Below are positions 63,859 through 64,000 of a DNA stretch of 64,000 bases, piece after piece. Position numbers and translations under genes: made by a program. How positions within the stretch are numbered: position 1 is the first letter of the stretch; each line of letters starts with the position of its first letter. Below the pieces are notes generated by a model, which was not told where the DNA came from, did no database searches, and saw only the letters and a program-made list of their open reading frames with translations. This stretch comes from Synechococcus sp. GTDB taxonomy: Bacteria; Cyanobacteriota; Cyanobacteriia; PCC-6307; Cyanobiaceae. The stretch spans positions 1,088,001 through 1,152,000 of the forward strand of contig JBJBCN010000002.1 of NCBI GenBank assembly GCA_047285805.1. Direction: 5' to 3'.

Positions 63859-64000
63859 GGGGGCAACGACCTCCGCTGGACGGCAGAAGAAGGCGTGGGG
63901 CAGGGCTGGGAAATCTCTGGTGATGGGCTGGGTGGCTATGGGAGTGGCTTCTGGTCTCCCTTCATCGTGCCGACGACCAGCCAACTGCTCTAAGCCCAGT
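63859..64000 (+). repeat. Mpg-like fragment (minus strand) plus conserved barrel-gene leader; probable sixth copy beyond the window
   Basis: Matches 51177-51318; ends in GCCAACTGCTCTAAGCCCAGT. Confidence 0.85.

Larger units (their letters stand above)
42933..64000. mobile_element. Genomic island / recombination-rich accessory region (extends past the window end)
   Basis: Visible GC drop, low coding density, pseudogenes and many dispersed repeats; no integrase or tRNA in the window. Confidence 0.8.

Noticed and set aside
42933..64000. CRISPR array or integron cassette array
   Set aside because: Repeats are kilobases apart with no regular repeat-spacer period; no cas or intI gene and no clear attC structure.

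Overview
Picocyanobacterial (Synechococcus/Cyanobium-type) chromosome. Bases 1 to about 42.9 kb are GC-rich core genome: crtE, folD, leuA, GH57, crtL, gyrA, guaB, Yfr1 sRNA, trxA, hisH, rsmD, petG, cytM, chlI, ruvC, sufE, hom, ABC transporters and arfB. From about 42.93 kb to the window end lies a lower-GC, repeat-rich genomic island with no integrase or tRNA visible in the window. Its main feature is a family of five same-strand genes or pseudogenes, plus the conserved leader of a probable sixth. Each encodes a signal peptide, an inverse-autotransporter (invasin-like) beta-barrel and a linker ending NRDV(R/P)VHD. Instead of a large passenger domain, each carries a different 12-31 aa tail with an even number of Cys. 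In four of the five copies the tail sits in an 86-133 bp variable cassette between the RVHD codons and a conserved terminator. Two copies share a 615-bp scaffold with only 3 differences, including the same two nonsense codons, yet have unrelated tails. This points to recombinational exchange at the tail boundary, i.e. a candidate surface peptide-display diversification system. The island also holds repeated junction motifs, a tandem structured-RNA candidate, an FkbM/2OG-Fe(II)-like fusion, an SGNH protein and small phage-like or NblA-like ORFs. All alignments and family calls were made by eye; no searches were run.
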